A stretch of DNA of 64,000 nt from an uncultured Methanoregulaceae archaeon (GTDB taxonomy: Archaea > Halobacteriota > Methanomicrobia > Methanomicrobiales > Methanospirillaceae): the NCBI GenBank assembly GCA_963841015.1, contig CAWJAX010000002.1, positions 480,001-544,000 on the forward strand, read 5' to 3'. The translations under genes and the position numbers were made by a program. Below, piece by piece: positions 30,225 through 41,213 of the stretch; the stretch's first letter is position 1; the number at the start of each line of letters is the position of its first letter. The notes under the pieces were generated by a model that did not search any database, was not told where the DNA came from, and saw only the letters and a list, made by a program, of their open reading frames with translations.

Positions 30225-32729
30225 ATGGCATCGCAATCCCTCAAATCAGATGCTGCTATAAATACCCCCGGCTCCATCCCCACGAGGTCAGGTATAAAAA
30301 TTGCCATTAATCAGGTTGAGTACACCAGGACTTCAGAAGGTCCGGTTATACACATTTTCGGGAGGGATATTCAAGGAAAATCGATTAAAATTGATGTTAC
30401 GGGATTCTGCCCTTATTTTTACGTACCAGCCAACCAGGCCGAGGCACTTCCTGCATCATCGCATTCAACCCTTGAACCTGGGACAAAATACGTATCGATC
30501 CGTGGCGAGCCCCTACGTAGATTGTATACACTGAACCCAGGAGATGTGCGTGAGGAACGTGAACGGTTTAAGCATTTCGAGGCAGACATACCTTTTGCTA
30601 CAAGGTTCATGATTGATACCGGTTTAACCGAAGGTGTTTCTGCCCCCTCGACAAAAGTAGACTATAGAGAACTTGAACCAACCGAAGTAGACGCCCCAGC
30701 CCGTTCATGTATCATTGATATCGAATGCGAGGATGAGCGGGGATTTCCGGATCCCCAGCGCGACGCAATTATTTCTATCACCGCATATGACTCATTTCCG
30801 AAAGATTACGTTACATTCCTCCTTGTCGGCGGAGGCATACCGTCGACAATTGCGGAACAGCAGGATGCTGGTGGTCTTGCAAACGGTTGCTTCCGAAAAG
30901 AGAAACACACGATTTGTCCCTTCGGGGACGAGACAGAGATGTTAAAGGCTTTTGCCAGGTACATCGCTGAACGTGATCCGGATGTTCTCTCTGGCTGGAA
31001 CTTTATTGAATTTGATATGCCTTATATCACCGGTCGGATGGAGCGACTCGGTCTTCGGTTGGATACACTTGCCCGGATTCAGGGACAGACCGAACGCAAT
31101 GCCTTACGAGGACGTGCTCTCTTCGATCTCCTTTCAGCATACAAGAAGATGCACTTAAGCCAGAAAGAGTCGTACCGCCTTGACGCGGTAGCTCTCGAAG
31201 AAGTTGGAGAGCAAAAGGTCAGGTACACCGGGACAATCTCGAACCTATGGAAGAATTCGCCAGCAAAACTTGTTGAATATAATTTCAAAGATGTCGAACT
31301 CTGTGTCAAGATCAATAAAAAAGACAATATCATCGAGTTCTATCGGGAGATAGCCCGGTACGTAGGCTGCCCATTGGATAAAACCCTCAATTCATCAAGT
31401 GTTGTTGATATCTTTGTTTTAAGGAAGGCATTCGGAAAATACGTTCTTCCTTCGAAAGGATTTGTTAATGCCGAAGAGTTCGAAGGTGCCACGGTCTTCG
31501 AACCGAGCAGGGGCGTGAGAGAGAACGTGGTGGTGCTGGACTTAAAATCCCTCTACCCAATGGCGATGATGACGATCAACGCGTCAATGGAAACCAAGGA
31601 TCCTGATGGCGAACTCAGAGCGCCGAATGGGATCCGCTTTAAGAAGAAGCCGGATGGACTGACGCGAACTATCATTTCGGAACTGCTCAAGGAGCGGGAT
31701 GAGAAGAAAGCACTTCGTAACACTTTTGAATTCGGCTCACCGCAGTATATCCTTTACGATATGCAGCAGAACGTACTGAAGGTTATAATGAATACCTACT
31801 ACGGCGTGAGCGGGTACCCGAGATTCCGGCTCTTCGACCGGGAGATCGGTTCTGCGGCAACTTCTGTCGGACGTGCGATCATCGAACACACCCGAAATGT
31901 GATCGAGAAAATGGACTTAAAAGTCAAAGTGATATACGGAGATACCGACTCCTGCATGGTGCAGTTGCCACCGCTTGATCGTGAGCAGACTATTGCAACT
32001 GCCAGAGTAATTGAAAAACATCTTAACGAAAGTTACAAGGATTTTGCGAAAAATCAACTCAACGCCGATGTCCATTTCTTCTCCATCAAGTTCGAGAAGA
32101 TTTATTCCCGTTTCTTCCAGGCTGGTAAGAAGAAACGGTACGCAGGATCCCTTGTCTGGAAAGAGGGCAAGGATGTCAAAGAGACCGACATCGTGGGCTT
32201 CGAGATCCGACGCAGCGACACTCCTCAGATCACAAAGGTTGTACAGCAGCGTGTCATGGAGATGATCCTGGAAGGAGAAGGTAAAGAACAGATTCGAAAA
32301 TATTTGATAGAGGTTGTAAAAAAATATCGGGCAGGAGAGTATTCTCTCGACGAGATTGGAATCCCGGGCGGAATTGGAAAGGATATTGATACGTATGGTA
32401 TAGACGATGCGCATATTCGTGGAGCGAAATATGCCAATCTGCATCTTCACACCGAATTTGGAAAAGGCAGTAAGCCAAAGCGGGTATACATCAAAAGTAT
32501 TGATCCGTCAGGTATCGGGAAGCAGAAATATCCTGATACTAATGTAATCTGTTTTGAATATGGTGATCAGGTTCCAAAAGAATTTCATGTTGATTTAGAT
32601 CTGATGTTAGAAAAGACCTTAAAACAACCAATTTCCCGCATCATTGAAGCTCTCGGATGGGAGTGGAATGAACTTTTAGATCCAAATAAAAAAATTACAA
32701 CGGCAACAACATTTGCTCATTGGGGGTAA
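30225..32729 (+). CDS. polB: Family B DNA polymerase
   Basis: DIE exonuclease I motif, GWN..FD, DLKSLYP, K..MNTYYG, YGDTDS, KKRY. Confidence 0.97.
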   Translation: MASQSLKSDAAINTPGSIPTRSGIKIAINQVEYTRTSEGPVIHIFGRDIQGKSIKIDVTGFCPYFYVPANQAEALPASSHSTLEPGTKYVSIRGEPLRRLYTLNPGDVREERERFKHFEADIPFATRFMIDTGLTEGVSAPSTKVDYRELEPTEVDAPARSCIIDIECEDERGFPDPQRDAIISITAYDSFPKDYVTFLLVGGGIPSTIAEQQDAGGLANGCFRKEKHTICPFGDETEMLKAFARYIAERDPDVLSGWNFIEFDMPYITGRMERLGLRLDTLARIQGQTERNALRGRALFDLLSAYKKMHLSQKESYRLDAVALEEVGEQKVRYTGTISNLWKNSPAKLVEYNFKDVELCVKINKKDNIIEFYREIARYVGCPLDKTLNSSSVVDIFVLRKAFGKYVLPSKGFVNAEEFEGATVFEPSRGVRENVVVLDLKSLYPMAMMTINASMETKDPDGELRAPNGIRFKKKPDGLTRTIISELLKERDEKKALRNTFEFGSPQYILYDMQQNVLKVIMNTYYGVSGYPRFRLFDREIGSAATSVGRAIIEHTRNVIEKMDLKVKVIYGDTDSCMVQLPPLDREQTIATARVIEKHLNESYKDFAKNQLNADVHFFSIKFEKIYSRFFQAGKKKRYAGSLVWKEGKDVKETDIVGFEIRRSDTPQITKVVQQRVMEMILEGEGKEQIRKYLIEVVKKYRAGEYSLDEIGIPGGIGKDIDTYGIDDAHIRGAKYANLHLHTEFGKGSKPKRVYIKSIDPSGIGKQKYPDTNVICFEYGDQVPKEFHVDLDLMLEKTLKQPISRIIEALGWEWNELLDPNKKITTATTFAHWG

Positions 32730-32871
32730 TGAGTAAGAGATCAATTCAAATTAATTGATGTCCCAAAACGAACAATGATAAATCATTCCAGTAACCGTTT
32801 AAAAGCAGGTGTGAGGATAATTTCCGAAAGATGAGTGATGAAACTACCACACCATCAACAATTTGTTCCGG

Positions 32872-34827
32872 TTACTTTTCACCAGAACGTTTCCCGCTTT
32901 CTTTTAACCGTTCATGCAGTTTTTTGATCTGTTCACGCAGGGCAATAGCCCGTTCGAAATCGAGGCTCTCGGCAGCATCCCGCATCTGTTTCTCGAGCTC
33001 GATAACGACATTGGGAATCTCGTTTCTTGGTACATGTTTTGTATCTTTAATCTCGACTTCTTTTTCCTTGACCGGTTTTTTTATGGTTTTTGGGATGATA
33101 TGGTGCTCTGTATTGTAAGAGACCTGTAGATCCCGCCGCCGTTTGGTCTCGGCAATTGCCCGTTTCATTGAATCCGTCATGGTATCGGCATACAGGACGA
33201 CATGTGCATTGACATTCCGTGCCGCCCTCCCGATAATCTGGATCAGGCTCCGTGCATCGCGGAGGAATCCTTCCTTGTCCGCATCAAGGATGCCGATGAA
33301 CCCTACCTCCGGGATGTCGAGTCCTTCCCGAAGGAGATTGATCCCAACGAGTACATCGAATTTTCCGAGACGGAGTTCACGGATGATCTCGCTGCGTTCG
33401 AGCGTCTGGATCTCAGAGTGGAGGTAGCGTGTGCGGATACCCTGGTCTGCAAGGAACTCGGAGAGCTCTTCTGCAAGTTTCTTGGTGAGCGTCGTAACAA
33501 GTACCCGGTCACCGCGTTTTATTGTCGCTTTTACTTCACGTATGACGTCATCGGTCTGGCCCTCTATCGGGCGCACCTCGACCTGGGGATCCACAAGCCC
33601 GGTCGGACGGATGATCTGCTCGACCAGCCTTGCGGATTTTCTGAGTTCATAATCACCGGGTGTGGCTGATACAAAGACTACATTACCCATATACTGCTCG
33701 AACTCTTGGAACTTCAGCGGACGGTTGTCATAGGCGCTCGGGAGGCGAAAGCCATAATCAATCAGGGCTTTTTTCCGCGAGCGGTCTCCGTTATACATGC
33801 CATGCAGCTGGGGAATCGTCTGGTGGCTTTCATCGATAATCATCAGAAAATCGTCCGGGAAATAATCGAGGAGACAATAGGGTTTTTCACCTGCATTCCT
33901 GCCATCAAAATGCCGGGAGTAATTCTCGATCCCTTTGCAGGAACCGGTCTCTTCTATCATCTCGAGATCGAACCGGGTCCGCTGTTCAAGACGGTGCGCT
34001 TCGATCATCCCGAGTGTTGGCAGGACCTCGTCAAGTTCCCTGCGGATTGAAGCAATCGCTGACTTCCGTGTTCCTTCCGGTGTCACAAAATGCCGGGCAG
34101 GATAGATATAGAAATATTTCATCTCTTCAATTTTTGAACCGGTGGTTTTGTCCACTTCGCGGATGCGTTCAATCTCATCACCGAACATCTCTATCCGGAT
34201 TATGTTATTGAAATACCCGGGCACGATGTCGATAATGTCTCCCTTGACGCGGAACCTGCCGGGCATCAGTTCCAGGTCGTTTCGCTCAAAAAGGATATCC
34301 AGAAGACGGCTCATGATCTCGTTTCTGGTGATCTTCTGACCGACACAAAGCTCAAAACCCATGTTCCGGAAGTTTTCCGGATTGCCAAGACCAAAGATGC
34401 AGGAGACTGAAGCTACGATGATCACATCGCGCCGGAACGAGAGCGAAGCGGTGGCTGAGAGCCTGAGCATCTCGATCTTGGGATTGATGGCAGAGTCCTT
34501 TTCTATATACTGGTCCTTTGCCGGAATATAGGATTCGGGCTGGTAGTAATCGTAATAGGAGACAAAATATTCTACCCGGTTGTGCGGGAAAAAATCGCAG
34601 AATTCCTGGTAGAGCTGGGCGGCAAGTGTCTTATTGTGGGCAAGCACCAGGACCGGCCTGTTTCCAGCGGCGATAACGTTTGCCATGGTAAACGTCTTTC
34701 CCGAGCCGGTTACTCCCAGCAGTGTCTGGAACTGCTCATTGTTGAAGAGACCCTCGGTTAATTGCCTGATGGCTTCCGGCTGGGAACCTTCGGGTGCAAA
34801 TGTTGAGGTGAGCTGGAATTCGGTCAT
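32872..34827 (-). CDS. uvrB: Excinuclease ABC subunit B
   Basis: LLGVTGSGKTFTMA, YFVSYYDYYQPE, DESH, QIIGRAARN, C-terminal UVR domain. Confidence 0.98.
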   Translation of the reverse strand: MTEFQLTSTFAPEGSQPEAIRQLTEGLFNNEQFQTLLGVTGSGKTFTMANVIAAGNRPVLVLAHNKTLAAQLYQEFCDFFPHNRVEYFVSYYDYYQPESYIPAKDQYIEKDSAINPKIEMLRLSATASLSFRRDVIIVASVSCIFGLGNPENFRNMGFELCVGQKITRNEIMSRLLDILFERNDLELMPGRFRVKGDIIDIVPGYFNNIIRIEMFGDEIERIREVDKTTGSKIEEMKYFYIYPARHFVTPEGTRKSAIASIRRELDEVLPTLGMIEAHRLEQRTRFDLEMIEETGSCKGIENYSRHFDGRNAGEKPYCLLDYFPDDFLMIIDESHQTIPQLHGMYNGDRSRKKALIDYGFRLPSAYDNRPLKFQEFEQYMGNVVFVSATPGDYELRKSARLVEQIIRPTGLVDPQVEVRPIEGQTDDVIREVKATIKRGDRVLVTTLTKKLAEELSEFLADQGIRTRYLHSEIQTLERSEIIRELRLGKFDVLVGINLLREGLDIPEVGFIGILDADKEGFLRDARSLIQIIGRAARNVNAHVVLYADTMTDSMKRAIAETKRRRDLQVSYNTEHHIIPKTIKKPVKEKEVEIKDTKHVPRNEIPNVVIELEKQMRDAAESLDFERAIALREQIKKLHERLKESGKRSGEK

Positions 34828-34924
34828 GGTGCTAAGGAATTCAGAGTGTAATATATTAAGGGATAGGTATGCGGCATGAACCTGGTCTTATCAGGGCACG
34901 GGAAATGTTTAACGGTACTGTGTT

Positions 34925-36655
34925 TCATGCTTCGAGCAGAGTGAGAAGATCCCGGAGATGCAGGGTGTTGATAATATCCTGACTTTCGAGCCAGCCACGA
35001 CGCGCTGTGGCAATCCCGAGTTCCATGCAACCAAGGTCTTCTTTTACCTTTGCGTCAGAACCAATTGAGAACCGTGCCCCATGTTTGCGTGCCATCCTGC
35101 AATTGGTGTCGGAGAGGTCAAGTCGAAAAGGAGCTGCATTGATCTCCAGGGAAATGCCCTGTCCTGCTGCAGCATCAAAAATTGCCGGGAGATCTGCCTG
35201 AACCGGTTCCCTCTCCTGGATAATGCGCCCGGTGGGATGACCCAGGATATCTACCTGCTCATTATGCAGGGCAGCAACCAGGCGTTTTGTCATTTCGGTC
35301 CGGGGCATGTCTAATCCTGAATGGACGCTTGCCACCACCACGTCAAGGTCCCCGAGAACCTTGTTTGCGATATCCAGGTTTCCGTCAGGGTTGATGTTGC
35401 ATTCGATCCCGGCAAGCACCATGAATCCTTCGAGCTCACGGTTCGCCTGCTCGATCTCCTTTTGTTGTTTAGCGATTGTTGTCTCGTCAAGCCCACGGGC
35501 TATTTTTGAGTTCCATGCATGATCACAGATGGCAATATATTCATAACCGAGCAACTTTGCGGCGTCTGCAAGCTCCCTGATGCTCTGTTTTCCGTCGCTC
35601 CATGTAGAGTGAACATGAAGGTCTCCCTTTACCGCGGTGTAGGGAACAATTTCGGGAAGGGTCCCCTTGCTCGCGGCTTCGATCTCGCCACGGTCCTCAC
35701 GCAGTTCAGGTTCAATAAACTGCAGATCAAGCAACCTGTACAGGTCCTGCTCGGTCTGTCCCACCAGCATCATTCCATCAGCCAGGTTGGTGATCCCGTA
35801 TTCGTTCAGCTTCCAGTTCCGTTCAAGCGCACGGCGCCGCAAAGCTATGTTGTGGGTTTTGGATCCGGTGAAATACACGAGGGCTGTCCAGTACTGGTTT
35901 TTATCTACCACCCTCAGGTCAACCTGCACACCGGAAGAAAGGACGATGCTGCATTTTGTCGGTCCTTTTCCCAGGATACGATCGATATCAGGCTGGACGC
36001 AGAATTCACTGATAATTTTTTCAGGTTCTTCTGATGTTGCGATAATATCCACATCACCGATGGTCTCTTTTCTTCTCCTGATGGATCCTGCGAGGCTGAT
36101 TTCCTGGGTACCGGGAAGAGCTGCCAGTCGTTTTTTAATGTTTTCAGCAACCGGCAGAATATCTCCAAGGAGAAAACGATGGCCCGTACTCTTCATCGCG
36201 TGGATACTTTGCAGAATATTCTTCTCGCTTTTCTCCCCAAATCCCGGCAGGCCCCGGACCTTTCCGGCCTGAGCCGCTTTTTCCAGTTCTTCCCAATTCG
36301 TAATGCCCAGTTCTCTGCTCAGGATCAGGGCTTTTTTTGGCCCGATGCCCCCAATTTCCGAGAGTTCAAGGACACCTTTGGGCAGTTCCTGCTTCAGTTT
36401 CTCAAGGTGTGCAAGCCTTCCGGTTTCCAGTATTTCCCGGATTTTACCGGCAAGGTTACTGCCAACACCCGGTATCTCCTCAAGTTTTCCGCGCTCGGAG
36501 ATTTTTGAAATATCTTCTCCCAGTGTCTCGATTTCATGGGCAGCCCTCCGGTACGCAGCCGGTTTGAACTTCACGCTTTTAAGGTCAAGGATATCGGCGA
36601 CTTCATAGAACAGAGCTGCGATCTGCTTATTGCTTATCCGGGATGTCGGGTCCAT
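34925..36655 (-). CDS. polX: DNA polymerase/3'-5' exonuclease PolX (PHP domain)
   Basis: GSIRR.KETIGDVD, YFTGSK.HN, PELRE, DLHVHSTWSDG. Confidence 0.95.
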   Translation of the reverse strand: MDPTSRISNKQIAALFYEVADILDLKSVKFKPAAYRRAAHEIETLGEDISKISERGKLEEIPGVGSNLAGKIREILETGRLAHLEKLKQELPKGVLELSEIGGIGPKKALILSRELGITNWEELEKAAQAGKVRGLPGFGEKSEKNILQSIHAMKSTGHRFLLGDILPVAENIKKRLAALPGTQEISLAGSIRRRKETIGDVDIIATSEEPEKIISEFCVQPDIDRILGKGPTKCSIVLSSGVQVDLRVVDKNQYWTALVYFTGSKTHNIALRRRALERNWKLNEYGITNLADGMMLVGQTEQDLYRLLDLQFIEPELREDRGEIEAASKGTLPEIVPYTAVKGDLHVHSTWSDGKQSIRELADAAKLLGYEYIAICDHAWNSKIARGLDETTIAKQQKEIEQANRELEGFMVLAGIECNINPDGNLDIANKVLGDLDVVVASVHSGLDMPRTEMTKRLVAALHNEQVDILGHPTGRIIQEREPVQADLPAIFDAAAGQGISLEINAAPFRLDLSDTNCRMARKHGARFSIGSDAKVKEDLGCMELGIATARRGWLESQDIINTLHLRDLLTLLEA

Positions 36656-36769
36656 ACACTCACTCCGGAAATGTTACCGATAAGATGATGTTACTGTTTT
36701 ATGCATAGTTTTTTCCCTGACACAGGAGCAAAAAAAGTAAAGGAAATTTACCGCTCCCTTATGCGCTAC

Positions 36770-37128
36770 CAGTCCCCCTAAGGGTGACGGGGACCGTGTG
36801 ATAATCCAAAAGTGATAGCAGGTACTACAGGTCATCGTCATGGGGATGCTCCCGTGGCGGGGACAAAACCCCCGGGAACGTGAGAAATTTCGAATTGATT
36901 TCTTACGAAAAATGAACTATTCAGCAATAATACAAGATTTTTTTTACCATTCCTCAAATGTACGATAATTGCCGCCGCCCCCGAAGGGTCGCCCCTGCGG
37001 CGGATTAGAAACAAACAATAAAAAAAATTTCTGCCCGCCCTGCCTCGGAGGCCCTGAGGCGGGATTCCATCGTATACATTACGATTTTCATGGTTCGGGA
37101 GTGAACCCTATAGATTTATGTCTGTTTC
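36770..37128 (+). repeat. Dispersed intergenic repeat, composite (A 3' part-linker-B)
   Basis: GGCGGGGACAAAACCCCCGGGAACG...GCCGCCGCCCCCGAAGGGTCGCCCCTGCGGCGGA...GTATACATTACGATTTTCATGGTTC...ATGTCTGTTTC; close match to 54343-54507. Confidence 0.8.
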
Positions 37129-37159
37129 TCCAGCACAAAAAAAATTAAAAAAAATCCCA

Positions 37160-38452
37160 TCACCGGGGTTTGTAATGTCCCCACTTCTCAAGAGCCTTGG
37201 CGAGCTCAGGTGCCTTCTTTGCTTTTTCTTCAAGGGTGATTTTTTCCTGCCACGCTTCGATTGCCTGCATGGTTGCCTGTGCTCCGGCACGTGTCCCTTC
37301 CGGGTGACCGTGAATACCCCCACTGACCAGCAGCACCAGCTCGGTACCATAAATGTTCAGCACATCGGGAACGAGCCCGGGGTGAAGTCCGCCGGATGAG
37401 ACCGGGAATGCAGATTTGATCCTTCCCCAGTCCTGCTCAAGGAGCATGCCTTCCACGGCAGGGGTCTTTTTCTCCCGCAGCACATCGGCAAGGGCTATGG
37501 ACTCCTTTTTTGATCCGGTCAGCTTGCCAACGGCAGTCCCCGTATGGATCTGGGAGACACCGATAAGCCGCATGATCTTTGCGAGGAACTGCATGGTGAT
37601 GCCATGCTTTTTATTCCTGTCAAAGGCGGCATGCATAGCCCGGTGTGCATGGATTGCCAGACCAAGATCGGAACAATAGTCCCGCATCGTCATAACACCT
37701 GCGGTCCCGGCGACTACGACATCTATCATGGCGTAGTTCCACCCGTATTCAGCCAGCATATCTGCCCTTTTTTTCATGGTTTCAGTATCAGCGGATATAT
37801 TGAGGAACGCAGATTTTTTCCCGCCGGTCTCTTTCTCTGCCTTATCCCGCAGCTTTGAGAGTTTTTTTACCCGTTCCTCAAAACGGTTGAACGGGGTCGA
37901 AGTCAGGTTTTCGTCGTCCTTGACGAAATCAAATCCCCCCATCCAGGTTTCATAGCCAATCTCTGCATGTTCCTGTGCAGAAAAGCCAATCTTGGGCTTG
38001 GGAACAGCGCCGGTCAGGGGCCGTTTGCTGACCTTCATCATCTTCCGGATCCCATCGTTGCCAAAATGCGGGCCTTTGAAATGGGAAATGTAGGCAGGGG
38101 GTAGTGCAACATCGATCAGCCGAAGGTTTCTCACGGCTTTCATGCCAAAGATGTTTCCCGCAATCCCGCTCAGCAGCTGGACCGCGTTCCCCTCTTCCCA
38201 AAGTGCCAGAGGATACGCGATTTTTACTACGTTTCCTTCGATATCAAACGCTTTTGCCTCAAGTTTTTTCATGCGGGGTGGCAGGGTGAAGAGAGTGGTC
38301 CATGTTCCTGTCGAGCTTTCTGATGCTATCCTTCCGGCTGCCTCTTTGCTGCGGATCCCGGCAGCAGGTTCAAAATAAAACATGCAGATGAGATCATCAG
38401 GTGACGGCGTGTAGTTCAGGTCAACAAATTCTTTGTACCAGTCAATCGTCAT
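37160..38452 (-). CDS. rbcL: Form III ribulose-1,5-bisphosphate carboxylase (RubisCO)
   Basis: ESSTGTW, KPKIG, DFVKDDEN, HAHRAMH, SSGGLHPG, GGIHGHP; no small subunit nearby. Confidence 0.96.
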   Translation of the reverse strand: MTIDWYKEFVDLNYTPSPDDLICMFYFEPAAGIRSKEAAGRIASESSTGTWTTLFTLPPRMKKLEAKAFDIEGNVVKIAYPLALWEEGNAVQLLSGIAGNIFGMKAVRNLRLIDVALPPAYISHFKGPHFGNDGIRKMMKVSKRPLTGAVPKPKIGFSAQEHAEIGYETWMGGFDFVKDDENLTSTPFNRFEERVKKLSKLRDKAEKETGGKKSAFLNISADTETMKKRADMLAEYGWNYAMIDVVVAGTAGVMTMRDYCSDLGLAIHAHRAMHAAFDRNKKHGITMQFLAKIMRLIGVSQIHTGTAVGKLTGSKKESIALADVLREKKTPAVEGMLLEQDWGRIKSAFPVSSGGLHPGLVPDVLNIYGTELVLLVSGGIHGHPEGTRAGAQATMQAIEAWQEKITLEEKAKKAPELAKALEKWGHYKPR

Positions 38453-39201
38453 AGTAGTTCTCAGTAGTATCAAAGGAACGGTAAGTAAAAAACATTCCCG
38501 GTGTATTAAAAAAAGTTATGAGTTTTGGCATCGCTCTTTGGAATAGTCAATAAAAAGAATAAATTCTAAAAGTTGCATGCCTATGATCCATGCGGCTCGT
38601 TACAACGGGCAGGAAATGAGATTGAGAAGGGGGGCAGTGCCTGACTGCTGACCTCTCTGGATATTCAAAGAGCGTTTTTTTAAAAAACCAGCACAGTTGA
38701 CAGTGAAAATTTCAAAAAGTATGCGATTGATAACGCCTGTCCTCTCTCCTCCACTTCGGGAGGGTTCGGACAGGAAAACAATCGAACAAAAAATAATGTA
38801 TACATTTGCCCTGGTCGTAGGTCCCGCTCTGGAGCACGTCCTCCCATCAGGGAGGTAATCCTGCAACGCTCCCGTCTCCAGCTCTCAAGCGGGGGAATGG
38901 TGAGCGCAACGCGGGGGCATCATCATAACTCTAGAATGTCTATAGAAGGCTCTTAGAGCGTTCTCTGGGCGATTCGGGTAGAACTGTAGCCTGGCAGCGC
39001 GGAGTGCTGCCCTTCAGACTTGACATCTATGTCGCATTTGGAATCTCAATGACGTATAATTTTTTTCAATATTTTCGGGACTAGCCTATTTTCACAAAAA
39101 TCCACAGTAGACAGTGTGTTATTTTAAAAAAAAATTCCGGAATAACACCAGAAAACCGGTGAGGGTTATTGCTCTTTTTCAAATACCAGACAACATGACG
39201 A

Positions 39202-40131
39202 TTATACCAGCCGTATGAGATTTTCCCGCCCTTTTTTGACCTTCAGGATGACCCCGCGCTGGTGGAGGTCGTTGAGTGTAGCACTCACCGTTGATTTGGG
39301 CAGTCCCAGGGTTTTAACGATCTCTGACTGGTACTGTTCCCCGCCACTGGTTTTCAGCAGCTGGATTATCCTGTCTTCAAGACTTAAAAGTTCCGTTTCG
39401 GATAAGGTAACCGGCGGATCTTCAGCCTCAACGGTTTCAGGAACCCGTCTTTTTGACAGAACCACATACAAACCTCCCAGTATGAGCACGCAAAGCAAAC
39501 CCCCCAGCAGGAGCGGCAGCCAGGGAAAGCCGGTTTTTTCAAAGACCATCCGTGGTTCACCTGCCCCGAATGAACGCTGGCCGTACCAGATAAGCCCGTC
39601 CCGCACCTGATCAGGAGCAGGTTCTGCACCACTGACTGAATAACCGGAGGGATACCTGATCACAAGCGTATTGTCTTTAGCCAGGTACAACCCCCCAGCG
39701 AATGCATCCCCAATGGCAAGATCCGGCACGGTTTTTGCAAAATTTTTCCAGTTGAACGAAAAATACACAACCCCGTACCTGCCCGTGGGAGTTGTCTGGA
39801 TAACCGCATCACCTGCAAAATCAGTTATTTCCATAGGTCGGGACGTGGCCGCTGCTGCCTGGGCAGCAGAACGCTGCATCAGATCCTGGAACTGGGGGAG
39901 ATAGTTAGAGGATACATTTTTTGTATAGGAATCAAACGCCTCCAGATCCTCCTCGGATGCAAGAAGCGTCCGGTATTCCACGTGCCAGTTCGCCGTACCT
40001 TCTTCACTGAGCGCAATCGTGTAGGTAATTGACGCGTCAGGAGGAACCGTTGCCGCACCTGCAATAACTGGTATACCTATCAGGAGTATCACGGACAGGG
40101 CAACAATGCTAAACCGGGTCGTATACTCCAT
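39202..40131 (-). CDS. Membrane-anchored transcriptional regulator: signal peptide + extracellular domain + TM + C-terminal winged HTH
   Basis: N-terminal hydrophobic leader; TM WLPLLLGGLLCVLILGGLYVVL; C-terminal EDRIIQLLKTSGGEQYQSEIVKTLGLPKSTVSATLNDL..RG.I.K.KKGRENLI. Confidence 0.85.
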   Translation of the reverse strand: MEYTTRFSIVALSVILLIGIPVIAGAATVPPDASITYTIALSEEGTANWHVEYRTLLASEEDLEAFDSYTKNVSSNYLPQFQDLMQRSAAQAAAATSRPMEITDFAGDAVIQTTPTGRYGVVYFSFNWKNFAKTVPDLAIGDAFAGGLYLAKDNTLVIRYPSGYSVSGAEPAPDQVRDGLIWYGQRSFGAGEPRMVFEKTGFPWLPLLLGGLLCVLILGGLYVVLSKRRVPETVEAEDPPVTLSETELLSLEDRIIQLLKTSGGEQYQSEIVKTLGLPKSTVSATLNDLHQRGVILKVKKGRENLIRLV

Positions 40132-40251
40132 GATTACCTTTTGATTATTTTTATGCAAGAGTATAAAAATTAGGCAGAGTTTTTTTTATTCATTCCCAGT
40201 CACCGTTGCGGATGGGTACAGGTCCTGTATTCACTGTTGTGTGACTGTTGA

Positions 40252-41076
40252 TTATTCGCGCCCGTTTTTTCCTTTATTGCCTGAGGATCCGTTCTCACCC
40301 TGCGTATTTTTCATAATTTTTGGCGTGTCATTTCTGGCCCCGGTTTGCAGGGTGTTTGTCCTGTTACCCTCAATCAGATCCTTTTGATCTTTTATCTTTT
40401 CCCAGATCTTTTCTCTTTCCGGTTCCATGGTTCCGCTCATCGTGGTGTTATTATCCTTCTGACGGTCCTGTTTCCTGATCTCCAGTCTTACTGCTTTAAG
40501 GACGGTCTTATTGTTCTTTTCAATAAACCGGGCAAATCGCATTTCAGTCTTCTCACCAAATTTCTCTTCAAGGAAAAGACTATTGTTGTAAGCCCGGGCA
40601 AGTCCCGTAGTATTCGGGTACTGGATTGCCAGTCTGGCAAGGACAGCCTGGTGCCGGGTAATCATCTCCTGGGCATGCAGAAGGTCAGTGGCGTTGGATC
40701 CAAAGGGGGTTAATGACCCTTCTGTCAGGTTGAGTTTCTGCCGGTAAAGCTCAAGCGCCCGTTCTGCTGTATCGGTCCGGTTATGACTCAGCTCGCGCTT
40801 CACTTCGGCAATACGGAGTCGTGCATGATCTATCCGCTTTTCCACCCGCTGGGTATCGTTGAAGGTAAACGTCTCATCGAGATCTTCCATGGCGATCTTC
40901 AACCCGTACACTGGACTGTCAGCACTGATGGTGCCATTATAGGGCATAATATCGTCTGATATATCCCCCGTGCCTTGTTCACCTGCCGGATTATTGTCAA
41001 GTGCTGCAACGGGTCCAATACCCATCAGCAGGGCAATCATGAGAATTCCTCCAAGAATTATCTGCGTATTTTTCAT
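40252..41076 (-). CDS. Secreted helical protein, DUF5667-like
   Basis: Signal peptide; ADSPVYGLKIAMEDL...HARLRIAE pattern; Lys/Gly/Asn-rich tail. Confidence 0.7.
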   Translation of the reverse strand: MKNTQIILGGILMIALLMGIGPVAALDNNPAGEQGTGDISDDIMPYNGTISADSPVYGLKIAMEDLDETFTFNDTQRVEKRIDHARLRIAEVKRELSHNRTDTAERALELYRQKLNLTEGSLTPFGSNATDLLHAQEMITRHQAVLARLAIQYPNTTGLARAYNNSLFLEEKFGEKTEMRFARFIEKNNKTVLKAVRLEIRKQDRQKDNNTTMSGTMEPEREKIWEKIKDQKDLIEGNRTNTLQTGARNDTPKIMKNTQGENGSSGNKGKNGRE

Positions 41077-41148
41077 ATTTCCTCCTCTTATCACATGGTC
41101 ATTGATCACAGGTATCTTTTTTTGGAAGTTTAAGGGTGGTTACGGTTC

Positions 41149-41213
41149 ATTAAAAAACAGGATAGTCTGACATTCCCTCAATTTCAAAAGAACCGTTCTG
41201 GATAGTTCAGAAT
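41149..41213 (-). promoter_or_regulatory. Promoter with ATTCTGAACTATCCAGAACG motif upstream of a TTTTTAAT box
   Basis: Matches 46312-46375 in sequence and spacing (45 vs 44 nt). Confidence 0.55.

Noticed and set aside
38480-39200. Replication origin or tRNA
   Set aside because: No clear ORB repeats, no adjacent cdc6/orc1, and no cloverleaf with a T-loop consensus.
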